The notes under the pieces are model-generated. The model was not told the DNA's origin. It saw only the letters and a program-made list of their open reading frames with translations, and did no database searches. Below, one piece after another: positions 48,430 through 57,582 of a DNA stretch of 64,000 nt. A program made the position numbers and the translations under genes. Every line of letters starts with the position of its first letter. Position 1 is the first letter of the stretch. The DNA lies in contig JAHIOX010000003.1 in the NCBI GenBank assembly GCA_018895015.1, positions 962 to 64,961 of the forward strand, written 5' to 3'. The stretch comes from Patescibacteria group bacterium. GTDB lineage: Bacteria; Patescibacteriota; Minisyncoccia; UBA9983.

Positions 48430-49488
48430 CTAAATCTTAAATTCCACCACATCCCCATCTTTTACAATATAATCTTTGCCCTCGGTGCGGATAAGGCCTT
48501 TTTCACGCGCGGCGGCGTACGAGCCGGCGCTAAGCAAATTCTGCCAATTTATTACATCCGCGCGGATGAATTTTTCTTTGAAGTCCGTGTGAATCGCGGC
48601 GCCCGCCTCTGGCGCGCGCGAATCTTTTTTAATCGTCCACGCGCGCGTCTCGTCCTCGCCGGTCGTGAAAAAAGTAATCAAGTTAAGCAATTTATACGCC
48701 TCAACAATCAGCTTATCAATCCTGCTTTGCGCGCCAAGCTCGTTTTTTTCTTCCTCGCTTATTTCAAGCAAATCCTCTTCGGTTTTTATATCAAGCGCAA
48801 CATGATCCTTCCCCTCTATGTCCGGGATGGAGAAAGGCAATTTCTGGCCGCTCTCAATATCGGACACATTATAGACATAAAGAATCGGCTTGAATGTAAG
48901 AAGATGTAAATCTTTCACAAGGGCGAGTTCGTCTTCACTTAAACCAAGCTCGCGCGCCGGTTCGCCCTTTTCCAGCGCTAACTTTATTTTTTTCACAACT
49001 TCCATTTTTTTTATTGCTTCTTTATCAAGCGCCCTTGCTTCTTTTTCCAGCTTCTGAACCCGCTTGTTCACTGCATCCAAATCAGCCAAGATTAATTCCG
49101 TTTCAATAATTCCAATATCGTTTTCCGGGTCTATTTTGCTATGCACATGAATAATTTTTTCATTTTTAAAAACCCGCACCACTTCCGCGATAACATCCAC
49201 TTCGCGGATATTAGCCAAAAATTTATTTCCAAGCCCCTCGCCTTCTGACGCGCCCTTTACCAACCCCGCGATATCAACAAACTCAATGACGGCCGGCACG
49301 ATTTTTTTGGAACGCGAAAATTCCGCCAGCTTTTGCAAACGCTCATCCGGAACTTGCACTACGCCAACATTAGGGTCAATGGTGCAAAACGGATAATTTT
49401 GTATATCAACTTGTTTTCTCGTGAGCGCCTTAAAAAGCGTGGACTTCCCAACATTCGGCAAACCGACTATTCCGATGGATACTGACAT
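48430..49488 (-). CDS. ychF: Ribosome-binding ATPase YchF
   Basis: GLPNVGKST, NYPFCTIDPN, DIAGLV, EGKDYIVKDGD. Confidence 0.97.
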   Translation of the reverse strand: MSVSIGIVGLPNVGKSTLFKALTRKQVDIQNYPFCTIDPNVGVVQVPDERLQKLAEFSRSKKIVPAVIEFVDIAGLVKGASEGEGLGNKFLANIREVDVIAEVVRVFKNEKIIHVHSKIDPENDIGIIETELILADLDAVNKRVQKLEKEARALDKEAIKKMEVVKKIKLALEKGEPARELGLSEDELALVKDLHLLTFKPILYVYNVSDIESGQKLPFSIPDIEGKDHVALDIKTEEDLLEISEEEKNELGAQSRIDKLIVEAYKLLNLITFFTTGEDETRAWTIKKDSRAPEAGAAIHTDFKEKFIRADVINWQNLLSAGSYAAAREKGLIRTEGKDYIVKDGDVVEFKI

Positions 49489-49550
49489 AAATATAATCTA
49501 GCAGATTGCTGGAAAAATAAAAATGGGCCGCGCGATGCGACCCGTACTTT

Positions 49551-50099
49551 TCAGATTATTTCATCTATTAAATTCAACTTTTTTGCCTCCTCGGCGCCGA
49601 GCACCCTGGACTCTTTGCAAAGCTTTTCAACAGGTTCGATACTCATCCCGCTTCTTTTGACCAGAATCCTAAAAATAGAGTTTTGATATTCCCATGATTT
49701 TGCCAAAGAATCATGCCTTTTTTGCTCATCAATTAATTCGCTTAGACTCCGAGTTACATTTATATAATGCATAATTAGGCAAGCATGCCTAACGGCTTTT
49801 CTCGTCCTGCAGGCCTGCAAAACAACAGAAGCCATTGAATTGGCTTCTCCTAGAACAACGCCAATGACAGGCGCCACTGACAATCTTATGCTGTCATAAA
49901 TTTGCAGTCCCGGCAAAACTTCTCCGCCGTCGCTTTTAATATAAAGCGTAATTTCTTCAGAACTGCGAGCATTCAGCCACGCAAGAGAAAAAATTATCCT
50001 GTCCGCCTGCGTTGGAGTTATTTTACCCGTCAAATGTATTATACGTTTTTCAAGCAAATCTTTGGAAAATTGCAATTCCATTTCGTTTATCAATTTCAT
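49551..50099 (-). CDS. Divergent ClpP-like protease subunit
   Basis: LYIKSDGG, ANSMAS, IMH, AEEAKKLNLIDEI; triad Asp not evident. Confidence 0.8.
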   Translation of the reverse strand: MKLINEMELQFSKDLLEKRIIHLTGKITPTQADRIIFSLAWLNARSSEEITLYIKSDGGEVLPGLQIYDSIRLSVAPVIGVVLGEANSMASVVLQACRTRKAVRHACLIMHYINVTRSLSELIDEQKRHDSLAKSWEYQNSIFRILVKRSGMSIEPVEKLCKESRVLGAEEAKKLNLIDEII

Positions 50100-50228
50100 A
50101 GCACCGCCTCCTTCTCTATTTGCGCTTGAATGTATTTTGTTAATTTGCTATTATATTAATATAATAAATTTTTTCAGAAATGTCAATGCAAGCGGGTCGA
50201 TTTTATCAAATTTTAAACAATATTTAAA

Positions 50229-50393
50229 ATGGAAAAAGAGGAAAAATTTCCTTTATCGCCGAAAAAAGAAACTGAAGAAAAAAGAGGAGCGGTTGTGACT
50301 CCTGACCTAGGCGAAGTTTTAACAAAAGAAGCAGCCGACGAAAGAAAGCGAGAGCGTGAGGAAAGTCCAAACTGGTGGAGAGAACAGCCATAA
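50229..50393 (+). CDS. Charged 54-aa hypothetical protein (not in ORF track)
   Basis: MEKEEKFPLSP..ESPNWWREQP*; fills the gap before nfo. Confidence 0.5.
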   Translation: MEKEEKFPLSPKKETEEKRGAVVTPDLGEVLTKEAADERKREREESPNWWREQP

Positions 50394-50413
50394 AACGGTG
50401 TATAATTAAAATA

Positions 50414-51244
50414 ATGACACAAGTGGGTTGCCATGTTTCAATCGCGCGAGGCATAGAAAATTCGCCGAAAATAGCGTATGAATTGGGATGCGAGGCGATG
50501 CAGATTTTTACGCGTTCGCCGCAGGGCGGCGCGGCCGCTAAAATTTCAGAAGAAACCGCCAAAAAATTTAAAGTGGAATGCGGAAAATACAAAATCAAAA
50601 ATATTTATGTCCATACGCCGTATTACATAAACCTCGCTTCAAAAAATAACCGCGTCCGATACGGTTCAATCAACGCCATAAGAATAGAACTTGAAAGGGC
50701 CGGCGCGCTCGGCGCGAAATACGTGATGACCCATCTCGGCTCCGCAAAAGAATTGGGCGCGGAAGAATCTTTTAAAAAAGTTATTGAGGGACTGAAAAAA
50801 GTTTTGGACGGATATAAAGGAACAACGAAACTTCTTATTGAAAACAGCGCCGGCGCCGGAGATATAATCGGCGCGGATTTTGAAGAAATCGGGAAAATCC
50901 TATCGGAGCTAAACGCCCTGCCTGCGCTGGCAGGCATTTGCCTGGACACCCAGCACAGTTTTGCGTCCGGCTACGACTGGAAAAATGATTTTGATAAAAA
51001 TATGAAAATTTTGGGAAAACATATCGGATTTAAAAATGTGAAGCTCATTCACGCGAACGACAGCGCGAGCGAGACTGGCTCGCGCAAAGACAGGCACGCT
51101 AATATCGGCGACGGGAAAATCGGTTTGGAAGGGTTCAAAAAAATCGCGCGTTTCGCGAAAAAAAACAAAATAGATATGATTTGCGAAACCGCTTATCCGG
51201 GCGTAATACAGGACATAAAAATCCTGAAAAACTTCATTAGATAA
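50414..51244 (+). CDS. nfo: Endonuclease IV
   Basis: GCHVS, HTPYYINLAS, IENSAG, CLDTQH, HAND, DRHANIG. Confidence 0.95.
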   Translation: MTQVGCHVSIARGIENSPKIAYELGCEAMQIFTRSPQGGAAAKISEETAKKFKVECGKYKIKNIYVHTPYYINLASKNNRVRYGSINAIRIELERAGALGAKYVMTHLGSAKELGAEESFKKVIEGLKKVLDGYKGTTKLLIENSAGAGDIIGADFEEIGKILSELNALPALAGICLDTQHSFASGYDWKNDFDKNMKILGKHIGFKNVKLIHANDSASETGSRKDRHANIGDGKIGLEGFKKIARFAKKNKIDMICETAYPGVIQDIKILKNFIR

Positions 51245-51282
51245 ATTTACCACTTATCTGCGATAGCAAGTAAATGGTAAAT
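51245..51282 (+). repeat. GCGATAGC-core dyad site H (solo)
   Basis: ATTTACCACTTAtct-GCGATAGC-aagTAAATGGTAAAT, 15+8+15. Confidence 0.88.
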
Positions 51283-51300
51283 ATGTAAATCTATTGATTG

Positions 51301-51343
51301 CGCAAATTGGAAAAGTTGAAAAAAACCGAAAATCTACTAGAAT
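51301..51343 (+). promoter_or_regulatory. Duplicated tRNA-Ala promoter region
   Basis: 51301-51335 identical to 53604-53638; TTGAAA-16-TAGAAT. Confidence 0.7.
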
Positions 51344-51379
51344 AAAAAACAGATAAAGATTATTGGCAAGGAGGAGATT

Positions 51380-51508
51380 ATGGAAAAACCATATGAAAAA
51401 CCACGAATCAAAAAGCTGGAGAAAATGACTTTCCCAATGGATATCATCACAAAAAAGACAGGGAAAGTAGTCTGCAAACAATGCTCCAGCTGCCACAACT
51501 GCCGATAA
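51380..51508 (+). CDS. 42-aa Cys-rich peptide, RiPP-precursor-like (not in ORF track)
   Basis: AGGAGGAG SD; MEKPYEKPRIKKLEKMTFPMDIITKKTGKVVCKQCSSCHNCR; terminator follows. Confidence 0.8.
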   Translation: MEKPYEKPRIKKLEKMTFPMDIITKKTGKVVCKQCSSCHNCR

Positions 51509-51533
51509 CTTTTAAAGTTATTGGCCAACTCAA

Positions 51534-51553
51534 AAGCCCCGACGTCGGGGCTT
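51534..51553. terminator. Terminator between convergent genes
   Basis: AAGCCCCGAC|GTCGGGGCTT followed by a T-tract. Confidence 0.75.
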
Positions 51554-51570
51554 GATTTTTTTTATTCCTG

Positions 51571-52575
51571 TTATTTTTTTAACGCGTCTTCCAGCGCCGA
51601 ATAAAAATCTTGGCCGGCCGATTCCGGCCTCTCTTCAAAACCGTACAATTCTTTAAAAATTTGCGTGGGGTCAACAACCGCTATTTCTATTCCCCTTTTT
51701 TGCAATTCTCTCAAAATTCTCAAGTGCTCTTTAAACCAACTTTTGCCAATCCCAAATGTTCTTTCTAATTCATCAGCGGTTTCTCTAATTTTTTCTTTTG
51801 CGTCCTCCTTGTATTCTTTTCCTGGCGCTGTTAAATCCATCTTCCCGATTTTTAGCCAGCTCAATCCCCTTTTTACCAAACTTTGCCTGTAAGTAACGGC
51901 GGGCGACAAGGAATAAATAACTAAATCATAGCCGTCCGGCAAACCTTCTGAACCGTCAAAACGCTTCAGCTTGCCGTCAGCGTCTCTTTCGTTATCCAAG
52001 CCATGCACATCTTCTATAATATTTGCGTTCCCTTGCCATTTCGGAGGAAAAATTTTTTGATAATCTCTATCCCAAGAAATAATGCTTTGCTCGGAACATT
52101 TTTCAGACAGCTCCTTAGTTAAAACAGTTCTTAATGTCGCTTTTCCAGATATGCCGATTCCGCTGACTAAAATGTTAAAAGGTTCCGGAGACTGCTTTGA
52201 TTTATTGACAAATTTTTCCTTAACGCCATCAACGAAATTTCCGAATTTCTCCAGTTTTTGAAAATATTTTTCCGGAGAACTGAAAAATCCCCTCTGGCGC
52301 GACTCCGGATTTACAGAAGAAAGATTTTTAGCTCCCAAATAATTTAATACTAAAAGCTCTAATTCTTCTCTTTCAAAATCTTCCGCCTTAAAATCTCCTT
52401 TTTCATAATCAGAAAGATGTTTCTGGGTCAATTCAAACCATCTTTTATCCTGCTCCTCAATTGAAAAATTATTTAGGTTTTCCCAAATTTCAGGATTTAT
52501 ATTTCTCAAAAAATTCTCAGTGGCTGATTTCCTTTCTCCATCCTCAATTTTATTTTCCAACATACTTTCTTTCAT
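51571..52575 (-). CDS. Hypothetical protein with P-loop-like motif
   Basis: ILVSGIGISGKAT. Confidence 0.65.
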   Translation of the reverse strand: MKESMLENKIEDGERKSATENFLRNINPEIWENLNNFSIEEQDKRWFELTQKHLSDYEKGDFKAEDFEREELELLVLNYLGAKNLSSVNPESRQRGFFSSPEKYFQKLEKFGNFVDGVKEKFVNKSKQSPEPFNILVSGIGISGKATLRTVLTKELSEKCSEQSIISWDRDYQKIFPPKWQGNANIIEDVHGLDNERDADGKLKRFDGSEGLPDGYDLVIYSLSPAVTYRQSLVKRGLSWLKIGKMDLTAPGKEYKEDAKEKIRETADELERTFGIGKSWFKEHLRILRELQKRGIEIAVVDPTQIFKELYGFEERPESAGQDFYSALEDALKK

Positions 52576-52585
52576 GCCAATAATC

Positions 52586-53575
52586 TTAATTTAATTTTAA
52601 AATTTTTTCAATCTCGCTCCTGTTTTGATTCAATAATTCCAGCTCCTTAAACAACCCGTTGTTTGCGTGCCGCCAATCTTTTTTATTTCCGGACAATATG
52701 GCATGCAAACAAAAAGCCAGCGCTCTTTCCAAGACCGCGAAATTAATGGCGTCCAATAAAAACTTCTTCTCCGGTAAAGACAGTTTTCTCTCTTTTTGGT
52801 AACCGCCTATCAAGGCGCGGAAATTATCATTGCTCCATTTTTTCCAATTATTCGTAAAGCACCATCCCCTGCACGCCTGGCCCAAATCTAAAACAATCTT
52901 TCCGTAATAAGCTCTGTCAAAATCCACTATTGCCGAGATTTTATTTTTATTCCACAAAACATGCCGTTTCCCTAAATCTTCATGTATCATGCCAGCGGGC
53001 AAAATGTTGGGAAAATCCAAAGATAAAATTTCTTTTTCGTATTTTTCCAAAAACTTTCCTCTGTCTTTAAAACTGCTTTTTAAAATGATCGCCTTCGCTT
53101 GCTTAAAATGTTTCTGCGTTTCTTTCAAATCAAAAATATTCGTTCTTTTATTTTTAGTTTTGTAGTTTTCCGTAAGCGAATGAAACCGTCCCACTACTTC
53201 TCCGAACTTTTTTATCTCGCCTATCAAAGGATTCAGCTTCTCTGCCGCGTTTGAAAATTCTCTTAAATATCCGCAATGCTTTTTCCAAGAAACAATTTCC
53301 TCTCCATCATTAGTTTTAACCGGGCAATACACCGGAAAATTATTTTTCTTTAGGTAATTTAAAAGCTCTAATTCAGCCTCTATCTCTTTCTTGCTGCGCC
53401 AGCGATGCCCAAACGGGCATAATCTTAAAAAATATGATTTGTCCGCGGTTTTTATTACATACGCTATATTTCCGCTGGTTGCCAAAGGGCTGATCTTTTT
53501 TATTTTTTCCAAATTGAATCGCGCCAAAATTTTACCCAAGGCAACGGAAGAAAATTTTTGTTTGCTCAATCGCAT
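52586..53575 (-). CDS. APH-family phosphotransferase (type II homoserine-kinase-like)
   Basis: YFLRL, ELELL, MIHEDL, AIVDFD, LDLG. Confidence 0.85.
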   Translation of the reverse strand: MRLSKQKFSSVALGKILARFNLEKIKKISPLATSGNIAYVIKTADKSYFLRLCPFGHRWRSKKEIEAELELLNYLKKNNFPVYCPVKTNDGEEIVSWKKHCGYLREFSNAAEKLNPLIGEIKKFGEVVGRFHSLTENYKTKNKRTNIFDLKETQKHFKQAKAIILKSSFKDRGKFLEKYEKEILSLDFPNILPAGMIHEDLGKRHVLWNKNKISAIVDFDRAYYGKIVLDLGQACRGWCFTNNWKKWSNDNFRALIGGYQKERKLSLPEKKFLLDAINFAVLERALAFCLHAILSGNKKDWRHANNGLFKELELLNQNRSEIEKILKLN

Positions 53576-53659
53576 AAATTTATTTTATTATACAACACCC
53601 TAACGCAAATTGGAAAAGTTGAAAAAAACCGAAAATCTGCTAATATCATTACTGTGATT

Positions 53660-53732
53660 GGGCCCGTAGCTTAGTTGGTAGAGCGCCTCGTTTGCAACGA
53701 GGAGGTCAGCGGTTCGAATCCGCTCGGGTCCA
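53660..53732 (+). tRNA. tRNA-Ala(TGC)
   Basis: Cloverleaf; CCTCG-ttTGCaa-CGAGG; GGTTCGAATCC; G3:U70; CCA not encoded. Confidence 0.97.
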
Positions 53733-53778
53733 CAACGTCAGGTTTTAAAAAATTTGTTGATGGTGTATAATTGGAAGG

Positions 53779-54780
53779 ATGAAAAAAACAATTCTTACCG
53801 GCGACAGGCCCACTGGCAAATTGCACCTTGGCCACTATGCCGGCTCATTATTAAACAGGATAAAACTGCAGGAACAACACAACCAGTTCATAATGATAGC
53901 CGACACACAGGCATTGACCGACAATGCGGAAAATCCCGCGAAGATTCGCGAAAATGTTTTGGAAGTGGCGCTTGATTATCTTGCTATCGGCATTGACCCG
54001 AATAAAACCACCATATTTATACAATCTTTGATACCGGAGCTCGCGGAGCTTACGATGTATTTTCTGAATTTGGTAACTCTTGCAAGATTGCAAAGAAACC
54101 CGACCGTAAAATCCGAGATGGCACAAAAGGGGTTTGGCGCGGATGTGCCTGCCGGTTTTTTAATTTATCCCATAAGCCAAGCGGCAGACATCTTGGCCTT
54201 TAAAGCCGATTTGGTGCCGGTCGGCGAAGACCAATTGCCGATGATAGAACAGGCCAACGAAATAGTTGAAAAATTCAATAGGTTTTACGGCCCGGTTTTC
54301 AAAAAAGTAAAAGCCGAACTTTCTGAAACAGGCAGGCTCCCGGGCATAGATGGAAAAAGCAAAATGAGCAAATCGCTGGACAACGCCATTTATCTTTCCG
54401 ACACCGCTGAAGAAATAAAAAAGAAAGTAATGGATATGTACACCGACCCAGGACATATACACGCCGAAGACCCTGGCAAAGTGGAGGGCAATATTGTTTT
54501 CAGTTATTTGGACGCCTTTGGCGCGGACAAAAAAGAACTGGAAAAAATAAAAGAGCGCTATCAACGCGGAGGGCTTGGCGATGTGGCGCTGAAAGAAAAA
54601 CTGATTAACATACTCGAAGAATTAATAAACCCAATCAGAGAACGGCGCGAGATTTTATCCAAAAATCCAAAAGCGATTATGTCCATGCTTGAAACCGGAT
54701 CTGAAAAAGCCAGATCTGTCGCGAAAGAAACTCTGTCAGAAGCCAAAAAAGCGATGCGATTAAACTATTTTTCAGAATAA
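53779..54780 (+). CDS. trpS: Tryptophan-tRNA ligase
   Basis: TGDRPTGKLHLGH, QAADI, PVGEDQ, KMSKS. Confidence 0.97.
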   Translation: MKKTILTGDRPTGKLHLGHYAGSLLNRIKLQEQHNQFIMIADTQALTDNAENPAKIRENVLEVALDYLAIGIDPNKTTIFIQSLIPELAELTMYFLNLVTLARLQRNPTVKSEMAQKGFGADVPAGFLIYPISQAADILAFKADLVPVGEDQLPMIEQANEIVEKFNRFYGPVFKKVKAELSETGRLPGIDGKSKMSKSLDNAIYLSDTAEEIKKKVMDMYTDPGHIHAEDPGKVEGNIVFSYLDAFGADKKELEKIKERYQRGGLGDVALKEKLINILEELINPIRERREILSKNPKAIMSMLETGSEKARSVAKETLSEAKKAMRLNYFSE

Positions 54781-54786
54781 ACGCTT

Positions 54787-55623
54787 ATGATAGGAGTTAT
54801 TTTATCATCCATAGCGACTTTTTTTGATGAAATTTCCTCTTCAATCGGGAAAAACAAGGTAAACAACCACGAAGAAAGCGCTTACACAATGGGTTTTTTG
54901 TGCCTTATCTGGGGCGCTATTTTTTTCTTTGTAATCGGGCTTTTAAAAGGAGGCGAGTTTTATTTTTCTTTGGCTTCCCTGCCCACTTTCAGCATTCGCG
55001 CCTTTCTTGAAATAATCCAGATGCACATAAGCGTACTTGCCGTTGTAAAAGCGGACAGAACAACTTTTAATTTCATACGCGTCGGCACTCTGCCTCTGCT
55101 GTTTATCGTTGACTTATTAATGGGATACGCTATAGACCCAAAACAAATGCTCGGCATCGGCATTATCATATTGGCTTTTATAATTATTCTTTTAAGCCAC
55201 AAATTCGGTAAAAAAGGATTCGGGCTTGTTTTATTTACCGCGATAAACGCCGTCGCCACAATCTCGCTTTATAAATACGATATAACGAATTTTAATTCCG
55301 TTGAAGCGGAGCAAGGCATAATTTACGCGATTTTGATTATTTACTTTTTCATTGTCGCCCATTATGTCGCCAAAGAAAACCCTCTGCGTTTTTTGAAAAA
55401 ACCGATTTTCTTTACACAGTCAATCACACAAGGCATCGGCGGAGTGATTGAAAGTTTCGCGTACAGCTTCGGCCCGGCTTCCATTATTCTCGCGGCAAAA
55501 AGATCTTCCGCGATTTTATGGTCAACCCTCTCTGGAAATTTTTACTTTAAAGAAAAACACATTCTGTTTAAATTATTTTTGTTCGTGTTTTTAACGGCAG
55601 GCATTATATTGCTCGTGCTTTAA
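54787..55623 (+). CDS. DMT/EamA-like membrane transporter
   Basis: About 10 TM segments; FKEKH end motif. Confidence 0.65.
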   Translation: MIGVILSSIATFFDEISSSIGKNKVNNHEESAYTMGFLCLIWGAIFFFVIGLLKGGEFYFSLASLPTFSIRAFLEIIQMHISVLAVVKADRTTFNFIRVGTLPLLFIVDLLMGYAIDPKQMLGIGIIILAFIIILLSHKFGKKGFGLVLFTAINAVATISLYKYDITNFNSVEAEQGIIYAILIIYFFIVAHYVAKENPLRFLKKPIFFTQSITQGIGGVIESFAYSFGPASIILAAKRSSAILWSTLSGNFYFKEKHILFKLFLFVFLTAGIILLVL

Positions 55624-55632
55624 TTTTCAAAA

Positions 55633-56877
55633 TTATTCATAACGCAACGCTTCTATCGGATGCTTGCGCGAAGCTTTGCGCGCCGGATAAATACCGAATA
55701 CCAGCCCGACAAACGCCGCCACGCAAAAACCGATGATTGCGGCTGAAACAGGGAAAGCAAAAGACCAATCCATTGCTAAAACACTTGTTAAAATAATTGC
55801 CGCGGCCAAAGAAAAAATAGCTCCCAGCGCGATTCCAATAATTCCTCCAGTTACAGTCAGCGCGATTGCCTCGAACAAAAACTGAAACAAAATATCGCTG
55901 TCCGTAGCTCCAATGGCTTTTCTCAAACCAATTTCCCGGGTTCTTTCCGTTACTGAAACAAGCATTATATTCATAATTCCGATTCCTCCGACAATCAGCG
56001 AGATTGCCGCAACGGCAACCAAAAACATAGTAAGAATATCGGTTATTGTGCTGACCATTTCCATGGCATCTGCCTGGCTTGTCACGTTAAAATCGTCTTT
56101 TTCCGGATCGGTTATATTGTGAGAATTTCTCAAAGTAATTTCTATGTCTTCAACTGTCCGAATAATATTTTCTTCAGTATCCGCCTCCACTATCAGATGC
56201 TGAAAATGTTTAATCCCCAAAATATACCTTTGAGCCGTAGTGTACGGCATAATCACCACTTCGTCAAAACCTATAAGCATTCCTTGTCCTTTTGTGTCTA
56301 AAACGCCGATTACTTTGAAATTTCTTCCTTTGATTTTTATCTTCTGGCCGACCGCTTCATTATAATTTTCAAAAAGTTCTTCCTTTACTCCTGAACCGAT
56401 AACAACCACATCCGCGTAACTCTTGACATCATCCTCGGTAAGAAATCTGCCTTGGCCCGAACTTACATTGTAAAGTTTTTCAGCGGCGTCAGTCATTCCA
56501 TAAATAGTCGCCTGGTATGTCTCGCTTCCAAACGCGACGCTCTCACTGCCAAAAACTAACGGCATAATCGTTGTAATATGAGGAGCATTGCTTTTTTGGG
56601 CAAGCGCGTCAACATCTTTTTGCTTCAACGAATCGGAAAATATGGACATGATATCAGTCGGCCCTTTTGGTTGTCTGCCCGGAGCGATTTCAATCACTTT
56701 GGAACCGACTTGACCTTGTATCTGGCCTAATATCAAATTTTGCGCTCCTTGCCCCAAAGCGGCTATAAGTATTATGGATGTAATGCCAATAACTATCCCG
56801 AGAACAGTAAGAGCGGAGCGGGATTTATTCACCCTAAGCCCTTCAAAAGAAGTTTTAAATATATTTTTGAACTTCAT
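55633..56877 (-). CDS. MacB/FtsX-type ABC permease
   Basis: RSALTVLGIVIG, GGIGIMNIMLVSVTERTREIG, PIEALRYE. Confidence 0.93.
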   Translation of the reverse strand: MKFKNIFKTSFEGLRVNKSRSALTVLGIVIGITSIILIAALGQGAQNLILGQIQGQVGSKVIEIAPGRQPKGPTDIMSIFSDSLKQKDVDALAQKSNAPHITTIMPLVFGSESVAFGSETYQATIYGMTDAAEKLYNVSSGQGRFLTEDDVKSYADVVVIGSGVKEELFENYNEAVGQKIKIKGRNFKVIGVLDTKGQGMLIGFDEVVIMPYTTAQRYILGIKHFQHLIVEADTEENIIRTVEDIEITLRNSHNITDPEKDDFNVTSQADAMEMVSTITDILTMFLVAVAAISLIVGGIGIMNIMLVSVTERTREIGLRKAIGATDSDILFQFLFEAIALTVTGGIIGIALGAIFSLAAAIILTSVLAMDWSFAFPVSAAIIGFCVAAFVGLVFGIYPARKASRKHPIEALRYE

Positions 56878-57581
56878 TTAATAAATGTGTGATGGCGGCT
56901 TGCGACTTTTTCGTCTTTTTCTATTAATCCGTCTTTCAAGCGAATGATTCTTTGCGAGTATTCGGCAGTATATGTTTCGTGGGTTATAAGCACGATTGTA
57001 TTGCCGCTCTCGTGCAAGCTATCAATAAGTTCCATAATCTGCCCGCCGGATTTTGAATCCAAATTACCAGTCGGTTCATCAGCAAACACAATGGAAGGAT
57101 TATTCACAATAGCTCTGGCTATTGCCACCCTTTGCTGTTCCCCGCCTGAAAGCTGGGAGGATTGATGGTTAATTCTATGCCCCAACCCGACTTTTTCAAT
57201 GGCCCGCATCGCTATATCATTCCATTCCGGCTCTTTTTTACCCGAATACATAAGAGGCAATTTTACATTCTCAAAAACAGTCGCGCGCCTCAACAAATTA
57301 AAAGACTGGAAAATAAAACCCATTTTTTCATTTCTTACTTTTGCGATTTCTTCTTTGGAATAATCGTCAATTGTTTTCCCTTCAAATCTGTACTCGCCTC
57401 TTGTGTGCCTGTCTAAAAATCCGAGTATGTGAAGCAATGTTGATTTTCCGGAGCCGGAAGGCCCCATTATGGCGACGAATTCTCCCGCGTTGATATCAAA
57501 AGAAACGCCACGCAACGACGGCGTTTCAACATCCTCGTTATAGTAAATTTTTTCTAAATTTTTAACCGCAATAATCGGCAT
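56874..57581 (-). CDS. ABC ATP-binding protein (MacB/LolD type)
   Basis: GPSGSGKST, LSGGEQQR, ADEPTGNLD. Confidence 0.95.
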   Translation of the reverse strand: MPIIAVKNLEKIYYNEDVETPSLRGVSFDINAGEFVAIMGPSGSGKSTLLHILGFLDRHTRGEYRFEGKTIDDYSKEEIAKVRNEKMGFIFQSFNLLRRATVFENVKLPLMYSGKKEPEWNDIAMRAIEKVGLGHRINHQSSQLSGGEQQRVAIARAIVNNPSIVFADEPTGNLDSKSGGQIMELIDSLHESGNTIVLITHETYTAEYSQRIIRLKDGLIEKDEKVASRHHTFIK

Positions 57582-57582
57582 T

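Noticed and set aside
53660-53732. tRNA 3'-end attachment site for a prophage or island
   Set aside because: No duplicated tRNA fragment, integrase or phage genes seen.
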